DNA of 63,536 bases, counting the filler, from Dehalococcoidia bacterium (GTDB lineage: Bacteria; Chloroflexota; Dehalococcoidia; DSTF01; JACRBR01), in NCBI GenBank assembly GCA_041494685.1. It is 3 parts of 3 records of this genome, joined end to end, with 100 filler letters (N's around TTAATTAATTAA, not from the genome) between each part and the next. Parts side by side here need not be neighbours in the genome. Positions count along the whole stretch, not along the records: positions 1 to 25,733 come from JBGQBE010000047.1; 2 more parts are not named here. The stretch is one strand, 5' to 3'. Positions 1 to 11,344 of the stretch are shown in pieces; position 1 is the first letter of the stretch; every line of letters begins with the position of its first letter. The notes under the pieces are model-generated. The model had not been told where the DNA came from and did no database searches. It saw only the letters and a list, made by a program, of their open reading frames with translations. Made by a program: the position numbers and the translations under genes.

Positions 1-146
1 AGGACGCGCAGGTGGATCGTCGATTCGTCGGCGCCGGCGCTGGCGGTCTCATGCCAGATGCGCGCGAAGGCATCCTCGACGCCACCCGGTTCAACCGCGA
101 TCGGCGCATCCGTGATCCGCTCGATGGGGGTTACATCCGATGCCAT
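1..146 (-). CDS. opcA: Glucose-6-phosphate dehydrogenase assembly protein OpcA, N-terminal fragment (runs off window)
   Basis: Hand translation MASDVTPIERITDAPIAVEPGGVEDAFARIWHETASAGADESTIHLRVL; overlaps the zwf 3' end, the usual zwf-opcA position. Confidence 0.65.
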   Translation of the reverse strand, partial: MASDVTPIERITDAPIAVEPGGVEDAFARIWHETASAGADESTIHLRV

Positions 147-1666
147 TCGCGCCCATCCCGCTGGATCAGGTGGTCGGCACCGCCCGGCCCCCAGCTCCCG
201 GCCTCGTAGAACTGCAGCGGCGAGTCGCCGGATCCCCACGCGTCAAGCACCGGCGTCAGCAACGTCCACGCCGCCTCGACGCTGTCCCAGCGCGTGAATA
301 GCGTGCTGTCGCCCAGCATGGCGTCGAGGAGCAGGCGCTCGTACGCTTCGGGCGCGTCCGAGCTGAAGGAGGTGCCGTACCGGAAGTCCATGTTCACGGG
401 CCGTACGTCGGACCGCGTGCCGGGCACTTTGGCGCCGAAGCGAAGGCTGATGCCCTCGTCCGGCTGGATCCGCAGCACGAGCAAGTTCGGCGTGACGTTC
501 TCGCCGCCCATCTCGCGGAATAGCGCCAGCGGCGCACGATTGAACGTGATCGCGACTTCGGTCGCCCGCTTGGGCAGCCGCTTGCCGACGCGCAGATAGA
601 AGGGCACGCCGGCCCAGCGCCAGTTCTCGATCTCCAGCTTCAGTGCCGCGTAGGTCTCCGTCATCGAGTTCGGCGCGACTCCGGCTTCCTGCCGATACCC
701 CCCCACCTGCTCGCCGACGATCGCACCGGCCGCGTACTGAGCCCGTACGGTATCAGCCGCCACGTCCTCGATGGCGTTGATGGCGTGGAATACCTTCGCC
801 TTCTCGTCGCGCACGGCGTCGCCTCGGAACGACGCGACCGGCTCCATCGCCACCAGCGCGAGGACCTGCATGAGATGGTTCTGCACCATGTCGCGCAGCG
901 CGCCGGCCTCCTCATAGTACGAGCCGCGCCCTTCCACGCCCACAGTCTCGGACACCGACACCTGCACGTTGTCGATGTAGCGGCGGTTCCAGATCGGCTC
1001 GAAGATGCCGTTTGCGAAGCGGAACACCAAGATGTTCTGGACGGTCTCTTTGCCAAGATAGTGATCGATCCGGAAGACCTGACGTTCGCGGAACACCTGC
1101 CGGAGGTCACGATCCAGCGTGCGCGCGGATTCGAGGTCGCGGCCGAACGGCTTCTCAACTACCAGCCGTACCCAGCCACCGTTTGCACTGCGGGAGAGCC
1201 CTGCCTCGCCGAGGCGTTGCGCGATCGTCGCGTACGCGTGCGGCGGCGTCGCCATGTAGTAGAGCCGGTTGCCCCCCGCGCCGTGTGCGCTGTCCTGCTT
1301 CGCCAGGCGATCGGCGAGCCGCGTGTACGCCGCGGCGTCGTCGAAGCTGCCGACCACGTAGTGCAGACCGCGTGCGAAGCTGTCCCAGATGTCTTCCTGG
1401 ATCGGCTCGCGCGAGTACTTGCTCACTGCATCCTTCATCGACGCCCGGAACTGCTCGTCCGTCATCTCTCGCCGCGCGAAGCCGATGATCGAAAATCCAC
1501 CCGGTGTCAGGCGGCCGCGGGCGAGGTTGTAGAGCGCCGGCACGAGCTTGCGCGCGGTCAGATCTCCAGTCGCGCCAAAGACGACAACCGCGCACGCCTG
1601 GGGCGTACGCGGCAGGCTGAGGCCAGCGCGGAGCGGGTTCAGGCTGTCGGCGATGTCGCTCGTCAT
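131..1666 (-). CDS. zwf: Glucose-6-phosphate 1-dehydrogenase
   Basis: GATGDL, EKPFG and RIDHYLGKE motifs; start MTSDIA overlaps the gnd stop (ATGA). Confidence 0.97.
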   Translation of the reverse strand: MTSDIADSLNPLRAGLSLPRTPQACAVVVFGATGDLTARKLVPALYNLARGRLTPGGFSIIGFARREMTDEQFRASMKDAVSKYSREPIQEDIWDSFARGLHYVVGSFDDAAAYTRLADRLAKQDSAHGAGGNRLYYMATPPHAYATIAQRLGEAGLSRSANGGWVRLVVEKPFGRDLESARTLDRDLRQVFRERQVFRIDHYLGKETVQNILVFRFANGIFEPIWNRRYIDNVQVSVSETVGVEGRGSYYEEAGALRDMVQNHLMQVLALVAMEPVASFRGDAVRDEKAKVFHAINAIEDVAADTVRAQYAAGAIVGEQVGGYRQEAGVAPNSMTETYAALKLEIENWRWAGVPFYLRVGKRLPKRATEVAITFNRAPLALFREMGGENVTPNLLVLRIQPDEGISLRFGAKVPGTRSDVRPVNMDFRYGTSFSSDAPEAYERLLLDAMLGDSTLFTRWDSVEAAWTLLTPVLDAWGSGDSPLQFYEAGSWGPGGADHLIQRDGREWHRM

Positions 1667-2574
1667 GCCTTCGTCGGACCTGCCTGCTGCACGGCGTGCC
1701 CGCCGAACTCGTTGCGGAGCGCCGCCTGCACCTTCGCGCTGAACGATGAGTCCTGTCGCGACGCGAAGCGCCGCATCAGCGACAGCGTGATGACCGGCGC
1801 GGGCACATCCTGGTCCAGCGCCTCCTGCACGGTCCAGCGGCCTTCGCCGGAGTCCTCCACGTAGCCGCGGATCGACGCCAGCCGCGGATCGCGCTCGAAC
1901 GCGCGCTCCGCCAGCTCCAGAAGCCAGGATCGCACGACGGAGCCCCGGTTCCACAGCCCGGCGACGCGGTGGAGGTCGATATCGAACTTCGACCCGGCCA
2001 GCAGTTCGAAGCCCTCGCCGTAGGCGGCCATCATCCCGTACTCGATGCCGTTGTGCACCATCTTCACGAAGTGCCCGGCACCCACCGGTCCGACGTGGGC
2101 GTAGCCGTCGGGCGGCGCCAGCGTCTTCAGCGCGGGCTCGATGTGCGCGAAGGCGCCGTCGGAGCCGCCCGCCATGATGCAGTAGCCTTCCTTCAACCCC
2201 CAGATGCCGCCGCTGGTGCCCGCATCCACGTACTCAATGCCGCGCAGCGCCAGCTCCTCGCCGCGGCGCATGCTGTCGTGGTAGTTGGAGTTGCCGCCGT
2301 CGATCAGCACGTCGCCCTTGCTTAGCGCCGGCGCCAGCTGGTCGATCGTCGACTGCACCGGCCCGCCGGCCGGCACCATCATCCAGATCGCCCGGCGCGG
2401 CGAGAGCTTGGCGACGAGATCCTGGAGCGACGCGGCACCCGTCGCGCCGAGCGCCTCGGACGCCTTGACCGCGTCGGGGTTAAGATCGGTGACGACGACC
2501 CCATGACCGCCTTCGAGGAGGCGCTGCGTCATGTTCGCGCCCATCCGGCCCAGCCCTACCATCCCGATCTCCAT
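1663..2574 (-). CDS. gnd: 6-phosphogluconate dehydrogenase, decarboxylating (short YqeC type)
   Basis: MEIGMVGLGRMG Rossmann motif, DGGNS, KMVHNGIEYG, LRNEFGGH. Confidence 0.95.
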   Translation of the reverse strand: MEIGMVGLGRMGANMTQRLLEGGHGVVVTDLNPDAVKASEALGATGAASLQDLVAKLSPRRAIWMMVPAGGPVQSTIDQLAPALSKGDVLIDGGNSNYHDSMRRGEELALRGIEYVDAGTSGGIWGLKEGYCIMAGGSDGAFAHIEPALKTLAPPDGYAHVGPVGAGHFVKMVHNGIEYGMMAAYGEGFELLAGSKFDIDLHRVAGLWNRGSVVRSWLLELAERAFERDPRLASIRGYVEDSGEGRWTVQEALDQDVPAPVITLSLMRRFASRQDSSFSAKVQAALRNEFGGHAVQQAGPTKA

Positions 2575-2579
2575 CGCCG

Positions 2580-4247
2580 TTACCTCCGCGCGCCCACCGA
2601 CGCGATCTCTTCTCTCACCACGCCGCACAGGTGCTCGAGTTCAGCGTCTTCCGCCGCCTCTCGCAGCCGCACGCTCAGCGCGGGAAGGCCGTGGCTGTGC
2701 AGCGACTGCAGATCGCCGATCGCCTGCGCGCGTTTGAGCTGGCCGAATGTGAACGCCTCGCCGGGGATGGCCAGGTCGGTACCCTCCTGCGCGGTGACCT
2801 GCAGGAACACCCCGCGCGCCGGGCCTCCCTTGTGCAGCTGTCCGGTCGAGTGCAGGTAGCGCGGACCGTAGCCGAGCGTCGTCGCGGCGCCGCCGCCGCG
2901 CATGACGGCCGCCCGCATCTCGCGAAACTGCTCGTCCGCGCGCTCCGCCGGTTCGACGTATGCGGTGATGGCGAAGTAGCTGCCCGCGTGCAGCGACGCC
3001 AGCAGCGCCCCGATCTTCGCGCGCAACTGAGGATCGCGGGAGTCGCTTTCATCGATCGCGCCGAACGACCCGGCCCGCCCGAACTCCGCGAGTACGCGTT
3101 TCGTGTTGTCCTTCGACTCCTGCACGTTCGGCTCGTCGAACGGATTGATGCCCAGCACCTGTCCTGCCACGGCGACCGCGAACTCCCAGCGGAAGAACTC
3201 GCGCCCGAGATCGTAGGCGTCATCCAGATCGATGCTGATGACGGGCAGCCCTTCCGCGATCAGCGAGCCCACAGCCGCGTCCTCAGATCCGTTGCTGTCC
3301 GCCCCCAGCCGCATCCGCACGAACACGCGATCGCCGCCGTAGCCATGCGGTGAAGCGACCGGCTCGCCGGCTACGGGCAGGATGCCCCGGCCTTCCTTGC
3401 CGGTGCTTTCGGCGATCAACTGTTCCACCCACAGGCCGAACGAGCCGATGCTCGGAGATACGATGAACGTCGCCTTGTCGCGGCCGGCAAGCGCCAGCGC
3501 GCCGAGCGCCGCGCCGAGTCGCAGGGCATCGCTGTCCGCCGCGCGCGCGTCCTCCTCGGCGGCGATGCCCCGGTCCAGCAACCTGGCGACGTCCACGCCC
3601 GTGACGGCCGCCGGTACGAGGCCAAAGTACGAGAGCGCCGAGTAGCGGCCGCCGATATCGCCCGGGTTGACGAAGACGTGGCGGAATCCGTGTCGCGCCG
3701 CCAGATCCTGGAGCGGCGTGCCTGCGTCCGTGATGGCGACGAAGTTCTCGCCGGCGTGATCCGGCTTGACTCCGCGCACCAGGTCGTGGAAGAACGCGAA
3801 GAGCGACAGCGCTTCGATCGTCGTACCCGACTTCGACGACACGAAGAACAGGGTCCGCGCCGCGTCGATCTGCTCCGTCACCGCGCGGATCGTCGCGGGA
3901 TCCGTCGTGTCCAGTACGTGGAGCCGGGGCCAGCCCTTTCGCGCACCGAAGCTGCGCCGCATCACTTCCGGCGCGAGCGAGCTGCCGCCCATACCCAGCA
4001 CCACGGCGTCGCGGAAGCCGTCGGCGCGGACCTGTTCGGCGAACGCCTGCAGCATCGCGACGTTGGCACGCATCTGCTGCGCCACGTCGAGCCAGCCCAG
4101 CCGGTTGGCCACGGCCTCGTTTCGGGCTTGATCGCCGCCCCAGAAGGCCGCATCGCGTCGCCAGATCCGGTCGGCGGCGGACGCGGCGGCAAGGCTCTGT
4201 ATCCGGGCCTCTGCGCCTGCGTCATACCCGCCGAGGGTCAGCTTCAC
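2580..4247 (-). CDS. pgi: Glucose-6-phosphate isomerase (type usually fused to transaldolase)
   Basis: GMGGSSL, SKSGTTIE, GGRYSALS, EQLIAESTGK, NPFDEPNV, HSTGQLHKGG; GTG start overlaps the tal stop. Confidence 0.9.
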   Translation of the reverse strand: MKLTLGGYDAGAEARIQSLAAASAADRIWRRDAAFWGGDQARNEAVANRLGWLDVAQQMRANVAMLQAFAEQVRADGFRDAVVLGMGGSSLAPEVMRRSFGARKGWPRLHVLDTTDPATIRAVTEQIDAARTLFFVSSKSGTTIEALSLFAFFHDLVRGVKPDHAGENFVAITDAGTPLQDLAARHGFRHVFVNPGDIGGRYSALSYFGLVPAAVTGVDVARLLDRGIAAEEDARAADSDALRLGAALGALALAGRDKATFIVSPSIGSFGLWVEQLIAESTGKEGRGILPVAGEPVASPHGYGGDRVFVRMRLGADSNGSEDAAVGSLIAEGLPVISIDLDDAYDLGREFFRWEFAVAVAGQVLGINPFDEPNVQESKDNTKRVLAEFGRAGSFGAIDESDSRDPQLRAKIGALLASLHAGSYFAITAYVEPAERADEQFREMRAAVMRGGGAATTLGYGPRYLHSTGQLHKGGPARGVFLQVTAQEGTDLAIPGEAFTFGQLKRAQAIGDLQSLHSHGLPALSVRLREAAEDAELEHLCGVVREEIASVGARR

Positions 4248-5386
4248 GCCGCGCTCGCCTTCTTGATCTGCTCGGCCTTCTGCATCGTGATCGCGTTGAT
4301 CTCGTCGAACGATTTGCTGAACGACGCCACGCCGTCCACCTGCAGCTTGTCGGTGATCTCGTCGATCGAGATGCCGGCCGCCGCCAGCTCCGCCAGCACG
4401 CGCCGCGCGTCGTCGACGCCGGCGTCGAGCGTTCGTGTGGCGACGCCGTGATCGCGGAACGCGTCGATCGTCGCCGGGGGCATCGTGTTCACGGTGTCCG
4501 GGCCGATCAGGTCCTGCACGTAGAGGGTGTCGCTGTACGCCTTGTTCTTCGTGCCGGTGCTGGCCCACAGGGGGCGCTGCGGCTTCGCGCCCTTCTCCCG
4601 CAGCTTCTTGAAGCGGTCGCTGCCGAAGACCGCGAGGAAGCGCTCGTACGCCAGCTTCGCGTTCGCGTTTGCTACCTTGCCCAGCAGCCCCTGCAGCCGG
4701 GCGCGCTCCGCGTCGCTGCCCGCCGCCGCGATCTTCTCCTCGATCAGCTTGTCGGCAGACGTATCCACGCGGCTCACGAAGAAGCTGGCGACGGAGTTGG
4801 CATCCTTGATGTCGAGCCCGGCTTCCACGCGCCGCTCCAGGCCGCGTATGTACGCCTCCATCACGCGCTCGTAGAAGCTCAGCGCGAAGATCAGCGTCAC
4901 GTTGATGTTCAGCCCAGCGAAGATGCACTCCTCGACCGCGGGCATACCTTCCGTCGTCGCCGGGATCTTCACCATCAGGTTCGGGCGGTCGATCAGCGCC
5001 CACCAGCGCTTCGCCTCGTCGATCGTCGGCTGCGTCTCGTACGCCTTCGCCGGCGATACTTCGATGCTCACGAACCCGTCGGCGCGCGCCTCGTCGAACA
5101 CCGGTCGCATGATGTCCGTGGCATGCCGGATGTCGACGGCCGCGATCTTCTCGAAGAAGTCCCGCGGCGCCACGCCGTCCCGGACAAGGTCGCGGATCTG
5201 CGCGTCGTAGTCGTCTCCCGCGCCGATTGCCTGCGCGAAGATCGTCGGGTTGGCGGTGACGCCGCGGATGCCGTCCTGGTCCATGTACCGCTTCAGCCCG
5301 CCGTCTTCAAGCATGTTGCGACGGATGAAGTCGAGCCAGGGCGATTGTCCCTGCTTCCGGAACAGATCCTGCAGTACGTTAGCCAT
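4244..5386 (-). CDS. tal: Transaldolase
   Basis: [23 protein letters not shown] Schiff-base Lys, [16 protein letters not shown]. Confidence 0.95.
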   Translation of the reverse strand: MANVLQDLFRKQGQSPWLDFIRRNMLEDGGLKRYMDQDGIRGVTANPTIFAQAIGAGDDYDAQIRDLVRDGVAPRDFFEKIAAVDIRHATDIMRPVFDEARADGFVSIEVSPAKAYETQPTIDEAKRWWALIDRPNLMVKIPATTEGMPAVEECIFAGLNINVTLIFALSFYERVMEAYIRGLERRVEAGLDIKDANSVASFFVSRVDTSADKLIEEKIAAAGSDAERARLQGLLGKVANANAKLAYERFLAVFGSDRFKKLREKGAKPQRPLWASTGTKNKAYSDTLYVQDLIGPDTVNTMPPATIDAFRDHGVATRTLDAGVDDARRVLAELAAAGISIDEITDKLQVDGVASFSKSFDEINAITMQKAEQIKKASAA

Positions 5387-5852
5387 CGATCTTCTCCTTC
5401 TCGCCGGCAAAGCGTGCCTCGATTGCCAGCACCTTCTTCAGCCGCCGTACGTGGCGATCTTCGCCGCTGAACTGCGCCCCCAGGAACGCGCGTACCAGTT
5501 CAACGGCCACTTCCGGTCCGATCACGCGCGCGCCGAGCGTCAGCACGTTCATGTCGTCGTGCTCGACACCCTGGTGCGCCGAATACGTGTCGTGGCAGAT
5601 GGCCGCGCGCACGCCGGTGATCTTGTTCGCCGCCACCGACGCACCCACGCCGCTGCCGCAGAGCAGGATGCCGCGCTCGGCCTCGCCGGATCGCACGCTG
5701 AGCCCCACCGCCTCGGCGAAGTCGGGGTAGTCGACGGGCGCGTCGGTGAACGTGCCCTTGTCGAGCGCCTCGTGCCCCAGGCGCTCGATCTCGGCGATCA
5801 CCGTCGCCTTCAACGGGAACCCGCCGTGGTCGCTGCCGACTGCCACGCGCAT
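5379..5852 (-). CDS. rpiB: Ribose-5-phosphate isomerase B
   Basis: GSDHGG, DYPD, CGSGVG, RHVRR motifs. Confidence 0.95.
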   Translation of the reverse strand: MRVAVGSDHGGFPLKATVIAEIERLGHEALDKGTFTDAPVDYPDFAEAVGLSVRSGEAERGILLCGSGVGASVAANKITGVRAAICHDTYSAHQGVEHDDMNVLTLGARVIGPEVAVELVRAFLGAQFSGEDRHVRRLKKVLAIEARFAGEKEKIDG

Positions 5853-5854
5853 GC

Positions 5855-7879
5855 CTACGCCCTCACTCCGCTCACCCGCTCGACCACGGCTTGCGTCCGC
5901 CGCGCCACGTCCTCCGCTGTGAGGCCCAGCTTCGCCAGCACCGTCGCCGCCGGCGCCGACGCACCGAACCGGCCGTCAATGCCGATCGTGTCGCCGGCGT
6001 CGCCGGTCCACCGCCGCCATCCCAAGGTTACGCCTGCTTCGACGGACACGCGCGCGCGGATGTCGGGCGGCAGGACTTCGTCGCGGTACGTAGCGTCCTG
6101 CGCCTCGAACAGCTCCCAGCACGGCATGCTGACGACGCGCGCGCGCATGCCGCGGCTCGCCAGCAGCGCCTGCGCCTCGACAGCCAGGCTCACCTCCGAC
6201 CCGGTGCCGATGAGGATCGCATCCGGCTGGCCACCTTCCGCCTCGCTGACGACGTACGCGCCGCGCTCCAGGCCGCGCGCGCCGCCGTTCAAGGTGCCGG
6301 GCAGGTGCGGCAGATTCTGGCGCGAGAGCGCCAGGATCGTCGGCCCGTGGTGCTGGATCGCAACTTTCCACGCAACCGCGGTCTCGTTTGCGTCGGCTGG
6401 GCGGATCACCAGCACTTCCGGCATCGCGCGCAGCGCCGCCAGGTGCTCGACCGGCTGATGCGTCGGGCCATCTTCGCCCACCGCGACGCTGTCATGCGTG
6501 AAGACGAAGATCGAGTGGAAGTGGCTCAGTGCGGCTATGCGGATCGCAGGGCGGTTGTAGTCGGAGAACACCATGAACGTCGCTCCGAACGAGATGAGGC
6601 CGCCGTGCGCAGCCATGCCGTTGACCGCCGCGCCCATGGCGTGCTCGCGCACGCCGAAGTAGATGTTGCGGCCGGCGGGAGTCTCGGGCGTCATTACGCC
6701 CTGCCCCTTCATCTCCGTGTTGTTCGACTCGCCCAGGTCGGCTGACCCGCCGACCATCAGCGGCAGCGCAGCCGCCAGCGCGTTCAGCGACTGCCCGGAG
6801 GCGACGCGCGTCGCGATCGGCTTGTCGGCCGGCGTCCACGAAGGCAGCGACGCCTCCCAGCCAGCCGGCAGCTCTCCGGCCATCGCGCTGCGAAACTGCG
6901 CAGCCTCAGCCGGGAACGCCTGCGCGTACGCATCGAAGCGCGCCTGCCAGTCGCGCTGCCGTTCCGCGCCGCGCGCGAGCGCCTGCCGGAAATGCGCGAG
7001 AGCTTCGTCCGGCACGTAGAACTGCTTGTCCTCCGGCCAGCCGTACGCCCGCTTCGTCAGCGTCACCTCTTCTTCGCCCAGCGGGCTGCCGTGCGCCTTG
7101 CTGGAGTCCTGCTTGTTCGGACTGCCGTAGCCGATGTGCGTGCGGGCGACGATGAGCGACGGCCGCTCCGTGCCCTGCGCGGCCCGCAGCGCCGCTATCA
7201 CCTGCTCGACGTCCATGCCGTCGACGCGTTGCACGTGCCAGTCGTACGCCTCGAAGCGCGTCGCGACGTCCTCGGTGAAGGTCAGGTCCGTCGGGCCGTC
7301 GAGCGAGATCAGGTTCGAATCGTAGAGCACGATGAGCTTGCGCAGCGCCTGGTGCCCCGCCAGCGACGCCGCCTCGTGCGAGATGCCCTCCATCAGGTCG
7401 CCGTCGCTCGCGAGCACGTACGTGTAGTGGTCGACGATCTCGTGCCCGGGGCGGTTGAACACGCCGCCGAGGTAGCGCTCGGCCAGCGCCATGCCGACGC
7501 TGGTCGCGAAGCCCTGGCCCAGCGGCCCCGTCGTCGTTTCGATGCCCGGGATCGATCCGAACTCAGGGTGGCCGGCGGCGGGACTGCCCCACTGCCGGAA
7601 GTTCTTGATGTCGTCCATCGTGATGCCGCTGTAGCCGGTGAGGTGCAGCAGGCTGTACAGCAGCATCGAGCCGTGACCGGCGGAGAGGACGAAGCGGTCG
7701 CGGTCCGACCAGTTGGCGTCAGCAGGGTTGTGCGTCAGGAAGCGGTCCCACAACGCGTACGCCATCGCGGCCGCGCCCATCGGCAGGCCCGGATGCCCGG
7801 AGTTCGCCTTCTGTACCGCATCGATAGAGAGCGTGCGGATCGTGTTGACGCACAGTTCGTCGAGCTTGGGGTCAGTCAT
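5855..7879 (-). CDS. tkt: Transketolase
   Basis: [23 protein letters not shown] motif, [16 protein letters not shown]. Confidence 0.97.
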   Translation of the reverse strand: MTDPKLDELCVNTIRTLSIDAVQKANSGHPGLPMGAAAMAYALWDRFLTHNPADANWSDRDRFVLSAGHGSMLLYSLLHLTGYSGITMDDIKNFRQWGSPAAGHPEFGSIPGIETTTGPLGQGFATSVGMALAERYLGGVFNRPGHEIVDHYTYVLASDGDLMEGISHEAASLAGHQALRKLIVLYDSNLISLDGPTDLTFTEDVATRFEAYDWHVQRVDGMDVEQVIAALRAAQGTERPSLIVARTHIGYGSPNKQDSSKAHGSPLGEEEVTLTKRAYGWPEDKQFYVPDEALAHFRQALARGAERQRDWQARFDAYAQAFPAEAAQFRSAMAGELPAGWEASLPSWTPADKPIATRVASGQSLNALAAALPLMVGGSADLGESNNTEMKGQGVMTPETPAGRNIYFGVREHAMGAAVNGMAAHGGLISFGATFMVFSDYNRPAIRIAALSHFHSIFVFTHDSVAVGEDGPTHQPVEHLAALRAMPEVLVIRPADANETAVAWKVAIQHHGPTILALSRQNLPHLPGTLNGGARGLERGAYVVSEAEGGQPDAILIGTGSEVSLAVEAQALLASRGMRARVVSMPCWELFEAQDATYRDEVLPPDIRARVSVEAGVTLGWRRWTGDAGDTIGIDGRFGASAPAATVLAKLGLTAEDVARRTQAVVERVSGVRA

Positions 7880-8068
7880 GCGGCGATATCTCCGGTCAGG
7901 TAGGGGTAGTCACGCGTCCTGCGAGGCGAGCGCCGCGCGCACGGTCGATGACGGACACCGGTGCCGCCACCGCACCGCGACACGCGCGGTTCACGCACGG
8001 ATTATACCGGCCCTCGCCTTCTGGACGGGGCATGTTATGTAGTCTCGCGCGGATGACCGATACCGACG

Positions 8069-8353
8069 TTACAGTCGGCCGTCGAGGAACTGCGCGAACG
8101 TCGCGGAGATGATCTCCAGCAGGATGATCGCCACGAGCGGCGAGAGGTCGATCCCCATGCGCGGCAGGATGCGCCGGATGGGATCGAGGATCGGTTCGGT
8201 CACGGCGTAGAGCGCCTGCATCAGCGGGCTGCGCGGATCCGGGTTAAACCAGCTGAGCAGGGCCCGCGCGATGATTGCGATGACGATAATCGTGCCGAGA
8301 AGGCACACGACCTGGGCGGCCGCCGTCTGGCCGCTGCAGCTTGGACCAAGCAC
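8069..8353 (-). CDS. yggT: YggT family membrane protein
   Basis: RALLSWF..P, TEPILDPIRR, IDLSPLVA; yggS-proC-yggT order. Confidence 0.88.
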   Translation of the reverse strand: MLGPSCSGQTAAAQVVCLLGTIIVIAIIARALLSWFNPDPRSPLMQALYAVTEPILDPIRRILPRMGIDLSPLVAIILLEIISATFAQFLDGRL

Positions 8354-8356
8354 GCG

Positions 8357-9157
8357 CTACTCCCCCAGCTCACGAGAGCGGTTGTACGCCGCCTCAACCG
8401 CATCGATGATCGCGCCGCGCACACCCGCAGTCTCCAGCACCAACAGGCCGGCGGCTGTCGTGCCGGCGGGCGACGTGACCTCGTTCCGTAGCTGCGCCGG
8501 ATGCTTGCCCGTGACCTGGGCGTACTTCGCCGCGCCCACGAACGTCTGGAGCGCCAGCGTCTCGGCGACATCGCGCCGCAGCCCCACGTGCACACCAGCG
8601 TCGATGAACGCTTCGATCAGCATGTAGACGAAGCCCGGGCCGCTCCCGGAGAGCGCGGTCGCCATATCCAGGTACTTCTCGTGATCCACCTGTACCTGCT
8701 TGCCGAGCGCTTCGAGCAGCGTCGCAACCTGCCCGCGTGCCTCCTGTCCCACCTCCGGCGCGGCGAGCCAGACGCTCATGCCCTCGCCGATCGCGGCCGG
8801 GGTGTTCGGCATCACGCGGACGACGGCGGCGTGTCCCAGCGCGCGGGCGATGGCGTCGATGCGCACACCCGCCATGATCGAGACCACCGTCTGGCTTGCG
8901 CGCAGACGGCCCCGAAGGTTGCGGACCGCCGATTCGAACTCCTGGGGCTTCACGGCGAACAGCAGCAATTCGGCGCCTTCGGCTGCGGCGGCAGCGTCGG
9001 CGCCAGCCTGTACCAAGTAACGGCTGGCGATCTGCGCGGCGCGCTCCGGGTTCGCTTCGGCGACGACGATGTCCGAAGGGGTCGCGGTACCTTGCTTGAG
9101 GGCCGCGCCGAGGATGGCCTCGCCCATGAATCCGCAGCCGATGAGACCCAGCTTCAA
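8357..9157 (-). CDS. proC: Pyrroline-5-carboxylate reductase
   Basis: GxGx[30 protein letters not shown] start inferred from RBS. Confidence 0.95.
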   Translation of the reverse strand: MKLGLIGCGFMGEAILGAALKQGTATPSDIVVAEANPERAAQIASRYLVQAGADAAAAAEGAELLLFAVKPQEFESAVRNLRGRLRASQTVVSIMAGVRIDAIARALGHAAVVRVMPNTPAAIGEGMSVWLAAPEVGQEARGQVATLLEALGKQVQVDHEKYLDMATALSGSGPGFVYMLIEAFIDAGVHVGLRRDVAETLALQTFVGAAKYAQVTGKHPAQLRNEVTSPAGTTAAGLLVLETAGVRGAIIDAVEAAYNRSRELGE

Positions 9158-9188
9158 TTCGAGACCTCGACCCGCATGCGGCGGGCAG

Positions 9189-9890
9189 CTACCCCACGCG
9201 GGCTCCGAATATGGCACGGCCGACGCGCACCAGCGTCGACCCCTCTTCAACGGCGACCTCGAAGTCGTCCGTCATTCCCATCGACAGCTCGCGGAGTCCG
9301 ATGGCGTCCCGCAGTCTGCGCAGCTCGCGGAACACGGGCCGAACATCTTCGGGATCGCTCACCTGTGGTGCCACCGTCATCAGCCCCAGAAGGTCGATGT
9401 TCGGCAGGCCGCCGACAAGCTCCGCGAGGGCGACCGCATCTCGCAGCGGCACGCCGTGCTTCGTCTCTTCGCCCGACACGTTGACCTCGATCAGCACCGG
9501 CACACGCCGGGCAGCTCGCACGTCGATGGCGCGAGCAAGCTCCTCTGAGTCAACGCTGTGGAGTATATCAAAGCGGTCGAGCGCGGCCGGTACTTTGTTA
9601 CGCTGCAGGTGACCGATCAGGTGCCAGCGGGGCTCGATGCCCTGCGCACGCACGGCCACGACCTTCGCGCCGGCCTCCTGCACGCGATTCTCGCCGAAGT
9701 CACGCACACCCGCAGCGTACGCCGCGACGACCGCCGCCGCGGGCTGTGTCTTCGACACCGCGATGAGCGTTATGTCCCGTGCGGGGCGCCCGGCGCGCGC
9801 TGCCGCCCTCGCGATGCGACCGCGTACGGCCGCGACGTTCCGCTCAATGTGTCCGAATGCCACCGACGCGGCCGGTTCGTTCCGATCCAT
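9189..9890 (-). CDS. yggS: YggS family pyridoxal phosphate homeostasis protein
   Basis: [41 protein letters not shown]. Confidence 0.95.
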   Translation of the reverse strand: MDRNEPAASVAFGHIERNVAAVRGRIARAAARAGRPARDITLIAVSKTQPAAAVVAAYAAGVRDFGENRVQEAGAKVVAVRAQGIEPRWHLIGHLQRNKVPAALDRFDILHSVDSEELARAIDVRAARRVPVLIEVNVSGEETKHGVPLRDAVALAELVGGLPNIDLLGLMTVAPQVSDPEDVRPVFRELRRLRDAIGLRELSMGMTDDFEVAVEEGSTLVRVGRAIFGARVG

Positions 9891-10036
9891 TCTCGCCGCA
9901 TCCAGCGGAATATCGCTGCCGAGCGCGATCCTTCGCACCCGTCCGAAAGCCCGCGGCGCCCGCCTCCGCGCAGCTACGTGGCACCGATGATACATCGCCC
10001 GGCACTGGCACGGCGCGGAAGCCTGCGCCCGCCGTG

Positions 10037-11344
10037 TTAGTCGGCGCCGCTGTTCGACGTGCCGGGCACTCGATCCGCGGCGGCTCTCGCGAGGCGCAGC
10101 CGCATCGTGACGGTCGTGCCGGAGCCGGGCACGCTCTCGATCTGCAGCGTGCCGCCGTGTGCATCCATGATCTCACGCGCGATCGAGAGTCCGAGGCCCG
10201 TACCGCCGGCCGCGCGTGAGCGTGCCTTGTCGACGCGATAGAAGCGGTCGAACAGCCGCCCAACGTCCTCGGGAGCGACGCCGATGCCGGTGTCCGTGAC
10301 GGACACGATGGCCTCGTCCGCCGCCGCCGCGGCGCGAAGCGTGATCGAGCCGCCCGCGGGCGTGTACTTGATCGCATTGTCCAGCAGGATCAGCAGCACT
10401 TCGCGGCAACGCTCAGGATCCGCTTCGACCCACAGCGGCGACGGTGCGTCTACGGCCACGATGAGGCCTCTGCTCTCCGCGAGACGCGCGATTCCTCGCC
10501 CGGCGCTCTGCGCCACGTCCGCCAGATCGATGCGCGAGACCTGCAGATCGATCCCTTCGCGGTCGCTCCGCGCAAGCACGAGCAGGTCGTCGAGGAGGCG
10601 CGTCATGTACGTCGCCTCGTGGGCGATATCACTGATCGCCTCATCGTCACCCGTACGCGCGATGGATTCGGCGTTCACCCGGATCACCGCGAGAGGCGTG
10701 CGGAGCTCGTGCGACGCATCGGCAACGAACTCGCGCTGGCGCTCGAAGCTTCGCTTCACCGGCCGGATGGCGATCGCCGCCACAAACAGTCCGCCGAGCG
10801 TCGCGAGCACGAGACCGCCGACAGCGCCGCCCGCCATGACGATGGCCAGCGTTCGCAGGGAGTCGTCTCGCTCCTCGACGGACTTGCCGGCCTGTACGAA
10901 GCCGATCACCGTCCCGTCCGGGCCGCGAACCTCGAGCGTCCGGATCTCCAGGTGCTTGCCCGCCGCGGAGTAAGACCGCATGTCCTCGCCATGCGCGGCA
11001 GCCGCCTCGACGGACGCCGCCGCGGGGAGCCCATCGAGCGGCACCGGGCCCGGATTCGAAACGACCGTACCGTCCGGATCGAGGAGCAGGACGAAGACAT
11101 CTGCGGAGCTGCTCAGCTTGCCAGCCGAGAGCAGACCGCGTGTTTCCTCTTCAGCGTCGATGATGCGGGCATGTTGCGCGGCCTGCGCGCTCGCCCCGTC
11201 GCTGACTTCTCGCACGGCCCGGTCGACCTCGTGCGTGAGGCGCCGGTCCGCCCAGACGAACACGATGCAGCCGACCGCGATGAACGCCACGCAGAACACA
11301 CCCACGTACCACGCGGTCAGGCGCCACCGGAGGGCTTCAAACAT
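10037..11344 (-). CDS. Two-component sensor histidine kinase
   Basis: Two TM helices, H-box DASHELRTPL, N-box LLDNAIKY, DTGIG, GGTGLGL. Confidence 0.95.
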   Translation of the reverse strand: MFEALRWRLTAWYVGVFCVAFIAVGCIVFVWADRRLTHEVDRAVREVSDGASAQAAQHARIIDAEEETRGLLSAGKLSSSADVFVLLLDPDGTVVSNPGPVPLDGLPAAASVEAAAAHGEDMRSYSAAGKHLEIRTLEVRGPDGTVIGFVQAGKSVEERDDSLRTLAIVMAGGAVGGLVLATLGGLFVAAIAIRPVKRSFERQREFVADASHELRTPLAVIRVNAESIARTGDDEAISDIAHEATYMTRLLDDLLVLARSDREGIDLQVSRIDLADVAQSAGRGIARLAESRGLIVAVDAPSPLWVEADPERCREVLLILLDNAIKYTPAGGSITLRAAAAADEAIVSVTDTGIGVAPEDVGRLFDRFYRVDKARSRAAGGTGLGLSIAREIMDAHGGTLQIESVPGSGTTVTMRLRLARAAADRVPGTSNSGAD

